DNA of 64,000 bases, from positions 128,001 to 192,000 of the forward strand of contig JBGARZ010000004.1 in assembly GCA_044229975.1 (NCBI GenBank), written 5' to 3'. Of this stretch, positions 25,603-34,494 are shown piece by piece. This stretch comes from Polyangiales bacterium. Lineage in GTDB: Bacteria > Myxococcota_A > Polyangia > Polyangiales > Ga0077539. The position numbers were made by a program, and so were the translations under genes. Each line of letters starts with the position of its first letter. The stretch's first letter is position 1. Below the pieces are notes generated by a model. It did no database searches, was not told where the DNA came from, and was given only the letters and a program-made list of their open reading frames with translations.

Positions 25603-27299
25603 TGAGCGGCGAGGCGCCGTCGCTGCGGCCGTACCAGCGCGAGGCCGTCGAGGCGGTGCTCGGTGCGCGGCGCGCGGGCGTTCGTCGCATGCTGGTGTGC
25701 CTGCCGACGGGCGCCGGGAAGACGGTGGTGTTCGCGCACCTGGCGCGGCTGGCGAAGCGCACGGTGCTGGTCATCGCGCACCGCGAGGAGCTGCTCTCGC
25801 AGGCGCGCTCGAAGCTGCAATCGGCGCTCGGTGACGGCGCGGTGGTGGCCATCGAGCAGGGCGCGCGGCGGGCGGTGGGCGAGGCGCGGGTGGTGGTGTG
25901 CTCGATTCGTTCGCTGCGGAGCGAGCGGCTGGCGCGGGTGCTGGCGGGCCGGGACGTGGGGCTGGTGATCTACGACGAGTGTCACCACGCGGCGGCGGAG
26001 GACAACCTGCGCGTGCTGCGCGAGCTCGGGTGCTTCGAGCCCGCCTGGACCGGAACGCTCGTGGGCTTCACGGCGACGACGTCGCGGGGTGATGGGAAGG
26101 GCCTCGACGCGGTCTTCGAGCGCATCGTCTATGCGCGGACGCTGCCCGAGATGATCGCGGACGGGTACCTCGTTCCGCTGCGGGGATACCGGGTGGCGAC
26201 GAGCGCCGACCTCACGCGGCTTACGCTGTCGGGTAACGATTTCCGCGAGGACGAGCTCGCCGAGGCGGTGGACATCGAGGAGCGCAACGCCCTGGTGGCG
26301 CGCACCATCCAGGAGCTGGCGCGCGACCGGCGGACCATCGCGTTCTGCGTGACGGTGGCGCACGCGCTGCACCTGCGGCGGTCGCTGCGGGCGCTCGGGG
26401 TGCGCGCAGGAACGGTGCACGGCGAGATGCCGAGCGACGAGCGAGCGCGGGTGTTGAAGGCCTTTGCCGATGGTGAGGTGCAGGTGCTCACCAACGTGGC
26501 GGTGTTGACGGAGGGCTTCGACGACCCGGGCGTGTCGTGCGTGGCGATGGCGCGACCGACGCGCTCGGAGGGGATGTACGCGCAGTGCGTGGGGCGCGGG
26601 ACGCGGCTGTCACCGGGCAAGAAGGACTGCCTGGTGTTGGACTTCGTGGACGTGTCGTCGCTGAGCTTATGCTCACTGCCGTCGCTCTTCGGGATGCCGC
26701 GCGATCTCGACCTGGAGGGTCGAGAAGCGAGCGAGGTGGCGGTGGCGTTGGACCGGTTGCTGTTCGACCACCCGGGCTTCGTGGTGGAAGCGGGGGCCAT
26801 CACGCTCGGAGAGATTCAGGCCAGGGCGGAGGCGTTTGATCCGCTGACGCAGGAGGTGGATGTCGAGGTGCGGGCGATCTCGCGCAACGCGTGGGCGTCG
26901 CTGGGGCGGTACGGGCTGGCGCTGCATTTCGAGCGGGCGCCGGGGAGGTTGAGCGAGGCGCTGGTGTTGTCGCGAGGGGCGCGTGGTAGGCGCTGGGAGG
27001 TGAGCGTGGAGGGGGAGGTGATGGAGCGGTTTTCGACGGTGGAGGAGGCGGTGCAGGCGGTGGACTACGAGGTGGGGGCGATGGGCCGGGCGGTGGAGGC
27101 GTCGGCGCGCGAAGGGGCCGGGTGGCGTCGCGGCGCGGTGGCGAAGGAGCGCGCGGAGGCGGCGACGGCGGCGGTGCGGCGCGGGGGGAAGACGGCCACG
27201 ATACTGGGCGAGGTGGTCGCGCTGGAGGCGTGGGCGAAGGCGATCGCGGGCGCGGTGGCGAGGGCCACGCCGCGGCGTCAGCGCGGCGCGCGACGGTAG
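25602..27299 (+). CDS. SF2 DEAD/DEAH-box helicase (ResIII/Irc3/YejH-like)
   Basis: LRPYQ, LPTGAGKT, DECHH, GFTAT, LTEGFDDP, QCVGRGTR. Confidence 0.9.
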   Translation: MSGEAPSLRPYQREAVEAVLGARRAGVRRMLVCLPTGAGKTVVFAHLARLAKRTVLVIAHREELLSQARSKLQSALGDGAVVAIEQGARRAVGEARVVVCSIRSLRSERLARVLAGRDVGLVIYDECHHAAAEDNLRVLRELGCFEPAWTGTLVGFTATTSRGDGKGLDAVFERIVYARTLPEMIADGYLVPLRGYRVATSADLTRLTLSGNDFREDELAEAVDIEERNALVARTIQELARDRRTIAFCVTVAHALHLRRSLRALGVRAGTVHGEMPSDERARVLKAFADGEVQVLTNVAVLTEGFDDPGVSCVAMARPTRSEGMYAQCVGRGTRLSPGKKDCLVLDFVDVSSLSLCSLPSLFGMPRDLDLEGREASEVAVALDRLLFDHPGFVVEAGAITLGEIQARAEAFDPLTQEVDVEVRAISRNAWASLGRYGLALHFERAPGRLSEALVLSRGARGRRWEVSVEGEVMERFSTVEEAVQAVDYEVGAMGRAVEASAREGAGWRRGAVAKERAEAATAAVRRGGKTATILGEVVALEAWAKAIAGAVARATPRRQRGARR

Positions 27300-27382
27300 A
27301 CGCTACGCGCCTGGTTCTCAAGGTGTCAGCGCGGAGTCGGCGCTCTCTCACCGGCCACAGACACAGCAGACAGGGATGGGCG

Positions 27383-28603
27383 CTACGCGCTCAACCCGGC
27401 GAGCATCCTGGGCGACAGGTCGCCGCGGACGATCTCCGACGTCGTGGTGACTACGACGGCGTGTTCGACCTCGTAAATCAGTTCGCGGACGTTGCCCGGC
27501 CAGGCGTAACCCAACAACAGGTCGATCACCTCCGCGGAGAAGGTCACCGTGGGCCGCCCGAAGTTGGAGACGGAGCGGTCGCGGAAGTACTCGGCCAGCG
27601 GCAGGATGTCTTCGCGCCGTTCCGCGAGCGACGGGACCATGAGCTCGATGGCGTCGAGACGTTCGTAGAGGGCGCGGTTCAGACGTCCCGCGGCGATCTC
27701 CTCGTCGAGGTCGCGGTCGCTCGCGAAGATGAAGCGCACATCGAAGGCGCAGGGACTTCCGCGGTCGACCGGAACGACCGATCGGGCGTCGATGGTGTCG
27801 AGCAGCTTCGTCAGATCGCCTTCGACGAGTTCAGCGAAATTATCGACGAAGAGCGTTCCGTGATCGGTCAGTTGAATCATGCCGGGACGAAGTCGCCAAT
27901 GTGGCGGTGGGCCCCAGCACGCCGACTTCACATGTCCGAAGAGTTCGCTCTCGATGAGCGCCGACGGCATTGCGACGCAGTTGAATACCGTGAAGCACTC
28001 GTCCCTCCGCGGCGACGCCCGGTGGACGCAACGCGCCAGCACCTCCTTCCCCGAGCCGCTTGGCCCGCGAATCAGCAGGTTGCGGGTCGACCCCGCGGCG
28101 TCCCTCGCACGCTCGATCACTGCCTGCATCGCGGGGCTCTCGACGATGACCTCGTCGAACGCCTTGTCGATCGACCTTCGCAGGGGCCGCCCCCTGCTCC
28201 CCCAACGCTTCTCGCGCGCCTTGAGCGCCTCCGCGACGACCGCCAGCAGCGCGTCCGCGGCGACGCCGCGTGGGACGCCGAAGGTGCCACCGTAGGTCAT
28301 GTCGCGCAGCGCCTCGGTCGGCGTCCCGCTCCCGCCCAGCACGAGGATCACGTTGTAGGGGTCGTGTCGCTTGATCCAGTCGATGAGGTCGATCTCTGTC
28401 CCCGAGAGCGAGCGCTGGTCGACGATCGCGAGGTCGAAGGGTCCACCCCGGATGGACCGCCCCAGCACCTTGTCCGGGGAGTAGGTCGTGGTCTGGTAAC
28501 CGCCCTTGCGCAGTGTGCGCGCGACGGACTTCGCCTGCACCACGTCATCGAGGACGAGCAGGATGCGGTCGAGCGGGTCGACCGAGGAGGATGTAGCGCC
28601 CAT
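27383..28603 (-). CDS. Degenerate sigma54-dependent (NtrC-like) regulator: atypical receiver + AAA+, no HTH
   Basis: GPSGSGKE, ESELFGH and WPGNVREL are present; GAFTGA and Walker B are altered. Confidence 0.8.
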   Translation of the reverse strand: MGATSSSVDPLDRILLVLDDVVQAKSVARTLRKGGYQTTTYSPDKVLGRSIRGGPFDLAIVDQRSLSGTEIDLIDWIKRHDPYNVILVLGGSGTPTEALRDMTYGGTFGVPRGVAADALLAVVAEALKAREKRWGSRGRPLRRSIDKAFDEVIVESPAMQAVIERARDAAGSTRNLLIRGPSGSGKEVLARCVHRASPRRDECFTVFNCVAMPSALIESELFGHVKSACWGPPPHWRLRPGMIQLTDHGTLFVDNFAELVEGDLTKLLDTIDARSVVPVDRGSPCAFDVRFIFASDRDLDEEIAAGRLNRALYERLDAIELMVPSLAERREDILPLAEYFRDRSVSNFGRPTVTFSAEVIDLLLGYAWPGNVRELIYEVEHAVVVTTTSEIVRGDLSPRMLAGLSA

Positions 28604-28675
28604 GAATCGCCTCCGGTTGAAGTCCCACGAGTACCACGCAGTTCGTGTCGCGCCCGTCCTGACCTTCGGCCGATC

Positions 28676-29524
28676 TCAGCGTCGAGCGAGAAACGGCGCG
28701 AGCTGCGCGTCGTAGCTCGGGCCCATCGGGACGGTGCCGTGGTCGGCGTTGGGCACGATCACCAGCGTCGGCGGTAGCCCCGCGGCCCGCAGCGTCGCCG
28801 CGAGCCGCTGCGAGTTCTCGGGGCGCACGAAGTCGTCGCCCTCTCCGTGGAACAGCAGCACCCGACCGGCGTTGTGCGCGGCACGCACGATGACGCCGTT
28901 GGTATCGAACTCGTTGCCCGTGACGAGCTGTCGCGGCACCACCACCGACGAGTCCTCGACCAGCGCCGCGGCGCTCGCGAAGGTCGACTCCAGCACCAGC
29001 CCCGCGCAGCTCCCCTGGGTGGCCGCGGTGTGCGTCGCGATGGCGCCGCCGAGCGAGTACCCGTAGTGGATGATCGACGACGAATCGATGTTGGCCTCGG
29101 GGGAGCGCAGCCATCCGAGGGCGGCGCGCGCGTCCTGGTAGAGCCCCGCCTCGGAGGGCGTCCCGGCCGTGCGGCCGTAGCCGCGGTAGTCGTAGATGAG
29201 GACGTTGACGCCGAGCGACCAGAGGTGGCCGGCGCGCGCCCAGTAGTAGTCGATGTTCTGGGCGTTGCCGTGGTGGTAGAGCACCGTCGGGGCCGTCGCT
29301 GCCTCCGCCCCCGGGCGGCGCGCGAACACCGCGTAGACGACGGTTCCGTCCTCGGCGCGCAGCGCGAGCGGCTGACGCAGCGCCTCGGGGACGCGCCACG
29401 TCGGCGGGACGGAGGCGTCATACGCGAGGGTGTATGCGTCCACCGGCGTCGGGTTGAAGAAGAAGCTGTCGAGGTTGGCGCAGCCGACGATCACGGCGAG
29501 CGCGGCGACGTGCCAGCGGCTCAT
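28676..29524 (-). CDS. Alpha/beta hydrolase lipoprotein (ABHD13/Bem46-like)
   Basis: HGNA, DYRGYG, GYSLGG nucleophile elbow, HGEGDDFV, ADH. Confidence 0.88.
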   Translation of the reverse strand: MSRWHVAALAVIVGCANLDSFFFNPTPVDAYTLAYDASVPPTWRVPEALRQPLALRAEDGTVVYAVFARRPGAEAATAPTVLYHHGNAQNIDYYWARAGHLWSLGVNVLIYDYRGYGRTAGTPSEAGLYQDARAALGWLRSPEANIDSSSIIHYGYSLGGAIATHTAATQGSCAGLVLESTFASAAALVEDSSVVVPRQLVTGNEFDTNGVIVRAAHNAGRVLLFHGEGDDFVRPENSQRLAATLRAAGLPPTLVIVPNADHGTVPMGPSYDAQLAPFLARR

Positions 29525-30180
29525 CGCGAACCTCCGAGCGTCCACGTCGCGCCGAGCAGGAGACCGAGCGCCCCCTGTGACGCGACGGGGTAGTAGTCCG
29601 GGGCCACGCATCGTCCACACGCGTTGACGGCGTACCAGCGGGCCTCCACCTCGATCTCGAAGCGACCGCGCCGCCCGCCCGGGCGAAACGCCGCGAGCGC
29701 GAAGAGCGTCGGCGCCCATACGGACTGCTCGTTGATGACCGTTCCGCTGGAGCTCGCGCGCAGGGGGTTTCGCAGCCCGCCTCCGAGCCACACACCCGCC
29801 GAGACGCGAGCGCCTCCGGCGATCCACGGGTCGGCCAGCAGGGTGTAGCCCCCGTGACCCGCGACCAGCGTCGCCTGGAACCCCACGGTGAGCGCGTCGC
29901 GGTGGCGCGCGAGCGGGTGCCATGCGGCGCCGAGAGACGTCCCGACGTCGCCGAAGGCCAGCGCCGTGGGCTGCACCTCCGCCTGGATGGCCACCTGATC
30001 GCTGACGCCGTACGCGACGCCGACGGTGGTGAGCGGCACCGGGACGGGCGCCCCGAACGCCACGAGCGGACCACCCAGCGAAGCGCTCACGCGTACCTGG
30101 CGGGCGTCGAGGGGACGCGCGAGGTGCGAGGTTCCGCACGCGGCGCAGAGGAGTGAAGCGGAGAGGAGGGCCAGGCGCAT
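29521..30180 (-). CDS. Hypothetical lipoprotein (beta-barrel-like)
   Basis: Lipobox LCAAC; ATGA overlap with the hydrolase. Confidence 0.7.
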   Translation of the reverse strand: MRLALLSASLLCAACGTSHLARPLDARQVRVSASLGGPLVAFGAPVPVPLTTVGVAYGVSDQVAIQAEVQPTALAFGDVGTSLGAAWHPLARHRDALTVGFQATLVAGHGGYTLLADPWIAGGARVSAGVWLGGGLRNPLRASSSGTVINEQSVWAPTLFALAAFRPGGRRGRFEIEVEARWYAVNACGRCVAPDYYPVASQGALGLLLGATWTLGGSR

Positions 30181-30333
30181 GGGTGGCGTGGCAGGAGCGT
30201 CTCACACCGGAGGGTTCGCTGGGCCTCTCGCCGCCACCCACCGCCGCCACCCCGCCGCCACCCGCCGCCACCCCGTCACTGCTTCGTTCGTCGGTGATTC
30301 CGCGTGGCACGCGCGCTGCGATGGAGGCGTCGC

Positions 30334-31254
30334 ATGCCGCCCACGACGGTCCACGAATCGGTGCTCCTGTGGCTACGCGACGATCCGTCGCAGCTCCGCA
30401 CGCTGCTCGACCTGACGGGTCACGCGCCGTGCCCCTCGCAACTGGAGGTCGAGGACTCGGCGCTGCGCATGGCATTGACCGTCGATGTGGCGCCCGACCT
30501 GGTGCTGCGAAGCCCGGACTCTCGCAAGGTGCGTCGCTGGGTCATCATCGAGGTGCAGCGGCAGCGCGACGAGGAGAAGGCGCGCCGATGGCCGCTCGCG
30601 ATGGCGGTCATGGGCGACCGCTTCGGTCCCCGCGGAGAGCTCATCGTCATCACGGCGTCGGCGGCGGTCGCGCGCTGGGCCCGCCGCGTAGCGATGCACA
30701 AGAAGGGCGCGACTCGCTGGGGTGTCGTGCCCACCGTGTTGCTCCTGGGCCGCGCCGAAGCAGAGTTGATCCTCGCGAAGGCACCGCCCGAGATGGCGGT
30801 GTTTGCCGCGTGGGTGACGCAGGGGCGCGAGGGGCCACGTGCGCTCGATCTGGCGCGACGTGCGCTCGATCGCAGCGATGCGGTGGAGGACGAGCGATTG
30901 CGACGGGCGACGCAGGAAGGCATCATGTCCGTGCTGCACCCGTCGGTGTTGGAACAGTTGAGGAGAGCCGCGATGATCGACATCAATCAACTCCCCAAGA
31001 ACCCCGCTTGGGAACGATGGAAGGCCGACCTCCGCGCCGAGGGTGAGGCCCGCGGCGAGGCCCGCGGCGAGGCCCGCGGCGAGGCCCGCGGCGAGGCCCG
31101 ACTCCTCCTGCGCATCCTCCGTCGCCGCGGCTTCACGGTGACCGCCGATGTCGAGGCACGCCTTCTCGCCACGACCGACCTCGCGCGCATCGAGCGCTGG
31201 GCCGACCGCGCCCTCGACGCCGCCTCCCTCGACGCCGTCTTCGCCGACGACTGA
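30334..31254 (+). CDS. Rpn/YhgA-like PD-(D/E)XK nuclease-family protein with a DUF4351-like C-terminus
   Basis: PDLVL...IIEVQ motif, (GEAR)5 repeat, C-terminal LLRILRRRGF...IERWADRALDAASLDAVF. Confidence 0.75.
   Translation: MPPTTVHESVLLWLRDDPSQLRTLLDLTGHAPCPSQLEVEDSALRMALTVDVAPDLVLRSPDSRKVRRWVIIEVQRQRDEEKARRWPLAMAVMGDRFGPRGELIVITASAAVARWARRVAMHKKGATRWGVVPTVLLLGRAEAELILAKAPPEMAVFAAWVTQGREGPRALDLARRALDRSDAVEDERLRRATQEGIMSVLHPSVLEQLRRAAMIDINQLPKNPAWERWKADLRAEGEARGEARGEARGEARGEARLLLRILRRRGFTVTADVEARLLATTDLARIERWADRALDAASLDAVFADD
31042..31101 (+). repeat. 12-bp tandem repeat x5 (GEAR)
   Basis: GGCGAGGCCCGC units. Confidence 0.9.
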
Positions 31255-31287
31255 GCGCGCCTCGCCGCCTCCGCGCCGGAGTCCCTC

Positions 31288-32793
31288 TCAACAATCGCAG
31301 TCGTGCGACGGCACCGCGTACGGCGTCGCCCCACGAAACACCGCGCCCGTCCGTCGCACGAACCCGTCCGCCGTGACGAACTCCGGCACCCCGTCGCCGT
31401 CGACGTCCACTGCCGCCCTCGGCACGAACGCCCCCGGATCGGCCCCGTCCGACTGCAACACCAGCCCCGTCGGTCCGCCCACCTCGAACACCGCCGTGAG
31501 CCCCCCCGCGAACTCCGCGCACCCTCCCACTGCCGTCGCCGCGCGCACCGTCACGAAGCGCCGCGCGCTCCCCTGCGCCTGCCACACCGTCACCGTCGGC
31601 GCGTTGCCCGTCCCGTGCGCGTCCCAGTTGGCGCCCGTCGCCCCTCCCGCGCGGTAGTCCGTCTGCAGCCGTCGCCACGCAGGCAGCGCGCGAAACCTCG
31701 CCAGCGCCCTCCCTCGCAGCGCCGCGTCCGCCGTCGTCGGCGCGAACACCGCCGCCGCGCTCTGCGACGCCACGCGCGCCCACACCGCGTCCCCGCAGCC
31801 CCGCGCGTCATCGAGCCGCGCCGCGAGCACCATGCCCCCGTCGGCCTCCGACCACGCCTCTCGTGCGACGACCTCATCGCTCAACGGCGTCCCCTGCGCG
31901 CCATCTTCCCCCTGTCCGCTCCACCGCTGCTCAACGCCGAAATGAACATCCACCCGCCCCAGCACCGCGAGGTCACCCGCGCGCGCATCGCAGGTCGCCC
32001 CGCCGGTCGCGTACCCCCGCACCACCTGCCCGCCCACCGCGCGCAGCGCCGCCGGAACCGCCTCCGCGTTGACCTCCGTCCACGTCACCACGACCGGAGA
32101 GTTTCGGTCGACGATCGACGGAGCACCCCGCGACCACGACCCGTCGGCGGGAGCGTTCGCGAGCAGCAGCCAGCGCGACCCCCCGTACGAGACCATGTGC
32201 ATCAGCGCGCCCGGCTCTGGCACCGCCGGGGTCAGCGCCGCGTCGCCCAGGGTCGACGCGAGCATCTCCTCGCGCGCGATGGCGAGCGAACCGCCCGCGC
32301 GCACCAGCACCACCTCCTTCGGACCGGAGTCGTGAAAGCTCCCCTGCGTGAAATCCTGCGTGAAGCGCACCGTCGCCGAGCCCGTCCCCGACGTGATGAC
32401 CACGTCGCGCGCCGCCACCTGCATCGCCGCGCCGAACATCGTGCGCCGGTCGGTCATCCACCCGGCCCGGTCGAACTGTCGCACCCGCGGCCCCGAGCGA
32501 CGCACGCCCGTGAAGCGCGGCGCGTACAGGCGCTCGTAGGCCGCGAAGTCACCGCCGTTCTGCGCGCGCAGCCAGGCGTCGAGGAGGGTCTGCGCGTCGC
32601 TCGTCGCGAGCTCGACGACGGGCGCCGGGGCCATGGGTGCCGCCGCGACGGAGGCGTCAGTCTCGGCGGTGGCGGTGGTGTTCGCGGCGGGCGGCGGAGG
32701 GGCCGGCGCGGGCGGGGCGGGGTCGCGCTGCGGAGCGCTGCAACCGAGCACGACGGACAGGGCGATGGACGCGGTGGCGAAGGGGCGGTTCAT
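31288..32793 (-). CDS. Lipoprotein with an NTF2/SnoaL-like domain
   Basis: Lipobox VVLGC; LLDAWLRAQNGGDFAAYERLYAPRF...VRFTQDF...IAREEM. Confidence 0.72.
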   Translation of the reverse strand: MNRPFATASIALSVVLGCSAPQRDPAPPAPAPPPPAANTTATAETDASVAAAPMAPAPVVELATSDAQTLLDAWLRAQNGGDFAAYERLYAPRFTGVRRSGPRVRQFDRAGWMTDRRTMFGAAMQVAARDVVITSGTGSATVRFTQDFTQGSFHDSGPKEVVLVRAGGSLAIAREEMLASTLGDAALTPAVPEPGALMHMVSYGGSRWLLLANAPADGSWSRGAPSIVDRNSPVVVTWTEVNAEAVPAALRAVGGQVVRGYATGGATCDARAGDLAVLGRVDVHFGVEQRWSGQGEDGAQGTPLSDEVVAREAWSEADGGMVLAARLDDARGCGDAVWARVASQSAAAVFAPTTADAALRGRALARFRALPAWRRLQTDYRAGGATGANWDAHGTGNAPTVTVWQAQGSARRFVTVRAATAVGGCAEFAGGLTAVFEVGGPTGLVLQSDGADPGAFVPRAAVDVDGDGVPEFVTADGFVRRTGAVFRGATPYAVPSHDCDC

Positions 32794-32862
32794 GGTGCGC
32801 CGAGTGCTCTCACGCCGGGCGCGGGGTGTCACTGTCAGGGCGATTTCACCCCTCGCGCTGCG

Positions 32863-33594
32863 TCACCCGAAGAGCGCCGGCAGCACCTCGCCCGAGCGCC
32901 CCTCGATCACCCGGTCGAAGGCCCGCACGTTGGCCGGCGCCTCCAGGTTGACGAGCACCGTCTCGGCGCCCGCGCGCTTGCTCACCTCGACGAGGCCCGC
33001 CGCCGGGTACACCACCCCCGACGTCCCCGCCGCGATGAACACCATCCGGTGTCCGCGCGCCTCGTTGACGAAGTCCTCGATGCGCCCGAGGTCGGCCGGG
33101 TCGAGCCTCTCGCCGAACCACACGATGTGCGGCCGCAGCATCCCCCCGCAGCGGTCGCACACGGGCAGCGCGTCGGGGTACAGCGCGCGGTCTTCGAAGG
33201 GCGCGCGCTGGCAATCGCGACACCGCGACTTGAACAGGTTGCCGTGCATCTCCACCACCCGCTCGCTGCCCGACGCGCGGTGCAGGCCGTCGATGTTCTG
33301 CGTCGCGAGAAGAAAGCGGTCGCCCAGTCGCCGCTCCAGCGCAGCGAGCGCGTCGTGCCCGGGGTTGGGTGCGCACTTCTCCGCCGCCTCGCGGCGCAGC
33401 GAATAGAAGCGCCACACCAGCGACGGGTCGCGCTCGAAGCCGTCGGGCGAGGCGACGTCCTCGACGCGGTGGTTCTCCCACAGCCCGTTGCTGTCGCGGA
33501 AGGTGGGGATGCCGCTCTCGGCCGACACGCCGGCTCCCGTGAGAACCAACACGCGGACGTCATCATCGATGTGGATCGGAGCAATGTGCTTCAT
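32863..33594 (-). CDS. cobB: NAD-dependent protein deacylase (sirtuin)
   Basis: LTGAGVSAESGIPTFRD, TQNIDGLH, MHGNL, two CxxC, LRPHIVWFGE, GTSGVVYPAAG. Confidence 0.93.
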   Translation of the reverse strand: MKHIAPIHIDDDVRVLVLTGAGVSAESGIPTFRDSNGLWENHRVEDVASPDGFERDPSLVWRFYSLRREAAEKCAPNPGHDALAALERRLGDRFLLATQNIDGLHRASGSERVVEMHGNLFKSRCRDCQRAPFEDRALYPDALPVCDRCGGMLRPHIVWFGERLDPADLGRIEDFVNEARGHRMVFIAAGTSGVVYPAAGLVEVSKRAGAETVLVNLEAPANVRAFDRVIEGRSGEVLPALFG

Positions 33595-33631
33595 GGCGGT
33601 CGCCAACGTAGCGCACGCCGCGCCCCGCGCA

Positions 33632-34447
33632 TTACCCGCCCAGTAAGATCGCCCGCGCCTCTCGCGCCGTCGGCCGCTCCTCGGCCCGCTTCGCAAGGCA
33701 CCGCCGCACCAGCTCATCGACCCTCGCGCTCACCGTCACGCCCGCGTCGCGCAGCGACGGCACCGGACCCTCCGCGACGGCCACCATCACCGCCGCGATC
33801 GGCCCCGCGTAGAGCCGTCGCCCGCTGAGCAGCTCGTACAGCACCACCCCCGCCGCGAACACGTCGCTGCGCCCGTCGATGGTCCCTTCGCCCGTCACCA
33901 CCTCCGGCGCCATGTACCCGCGCGTACCCTTCATCACGCCGCGGTCGGCGTCTGCGCGCCAGCGGCTCGTCGCGATGCCGAAGTCCAGCAGCGCCACCAT
34001 CCCGTCGTCGCGCACCACCACGTTGCTCGGCGCCACGTCCCGATGAACCACCCCCAGCGCCTCACCCCCCTCATCGTCGCGCCCATGCACATGATCGAGC
34101 GCATCGAAGAGCGCCGCCATCCACCACCGCGCCTGCACCTCGGACACCCGAGCCTCACCCATCAGCGTGTCGAGCCCGCGCCCCGGCATGTACTCCAGCA
34201 CCATGTGCGGAACGCCCGCGTCGCTCCGATAGCGCGCCACCATCCGCGGAATCGCCCGGTGATCGAGGCGCTCCAGCAGCCGCCCCTCGTGCTCGAACAT
34301 CGCCACCAGCTCGGGGTCGTAGGCGCAGTGCCGGTGCATGCGCTTGAGCACCCGCGCCGCGCCCTCCGCGTCGTGCGCCAGGAAGGTCTCGGCCAGCGCG
34401 CCCACCCCGAGCCTCGGGCCCATGCGCAGCGTCGGTGGCTCCATCAT
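33632..34447 (-). CDS. Stand-alone cytoplasmic Ser/Thr kinase
   Basis: HRDVAPSN, DFGIA, GTRGYMAPE. Confidence 0.88.
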   Translation of the reverse strand: MMEPPTLRMGPRLGVGALAETFLAHDAEGAARVLKRMHRHCAYDPELVAMFEHEGRLLERLDHRAIPRMVARYRSDAGVPHMVLEYMPGRGLDTLMGEARVSEVQARWWMAALFDALDHVHGRDDEGGEALGVVHRDVAPSNVVVRDDGMVALLDFGIATSRWRADADRGVMKGTRGYMAPEVVTGEGTIDGRSDVFAAGVVLYELLSGRRLYAGPIAAVMVAVAEGPVPSLRDAGVTVSARVDELVRRCLAKRAEERPTAREARAILLGG

Positions 34448-34494
34448 CGCGCTCCCCGCTTCGATCACCGCGCGAGTATAGTCCGCGCCCGACC

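Noticed and set aside
25602..27299. Type I/III restriction subunit
   Set aside because: No methyltransferase or specificity gene nearby, and no recognisable nuclease motif.
30228..30280. CCGCCACCC short repeats upstream of the Rpn-like gene
   Set aside because: Low-complexity and irregular; no supportable function.
32863..33594. Sir2 anti-phage effector (Thoeris/DSR)
   Set aside because: It is a canonical zinc-binding CobB deacylase with no defence partner genes.
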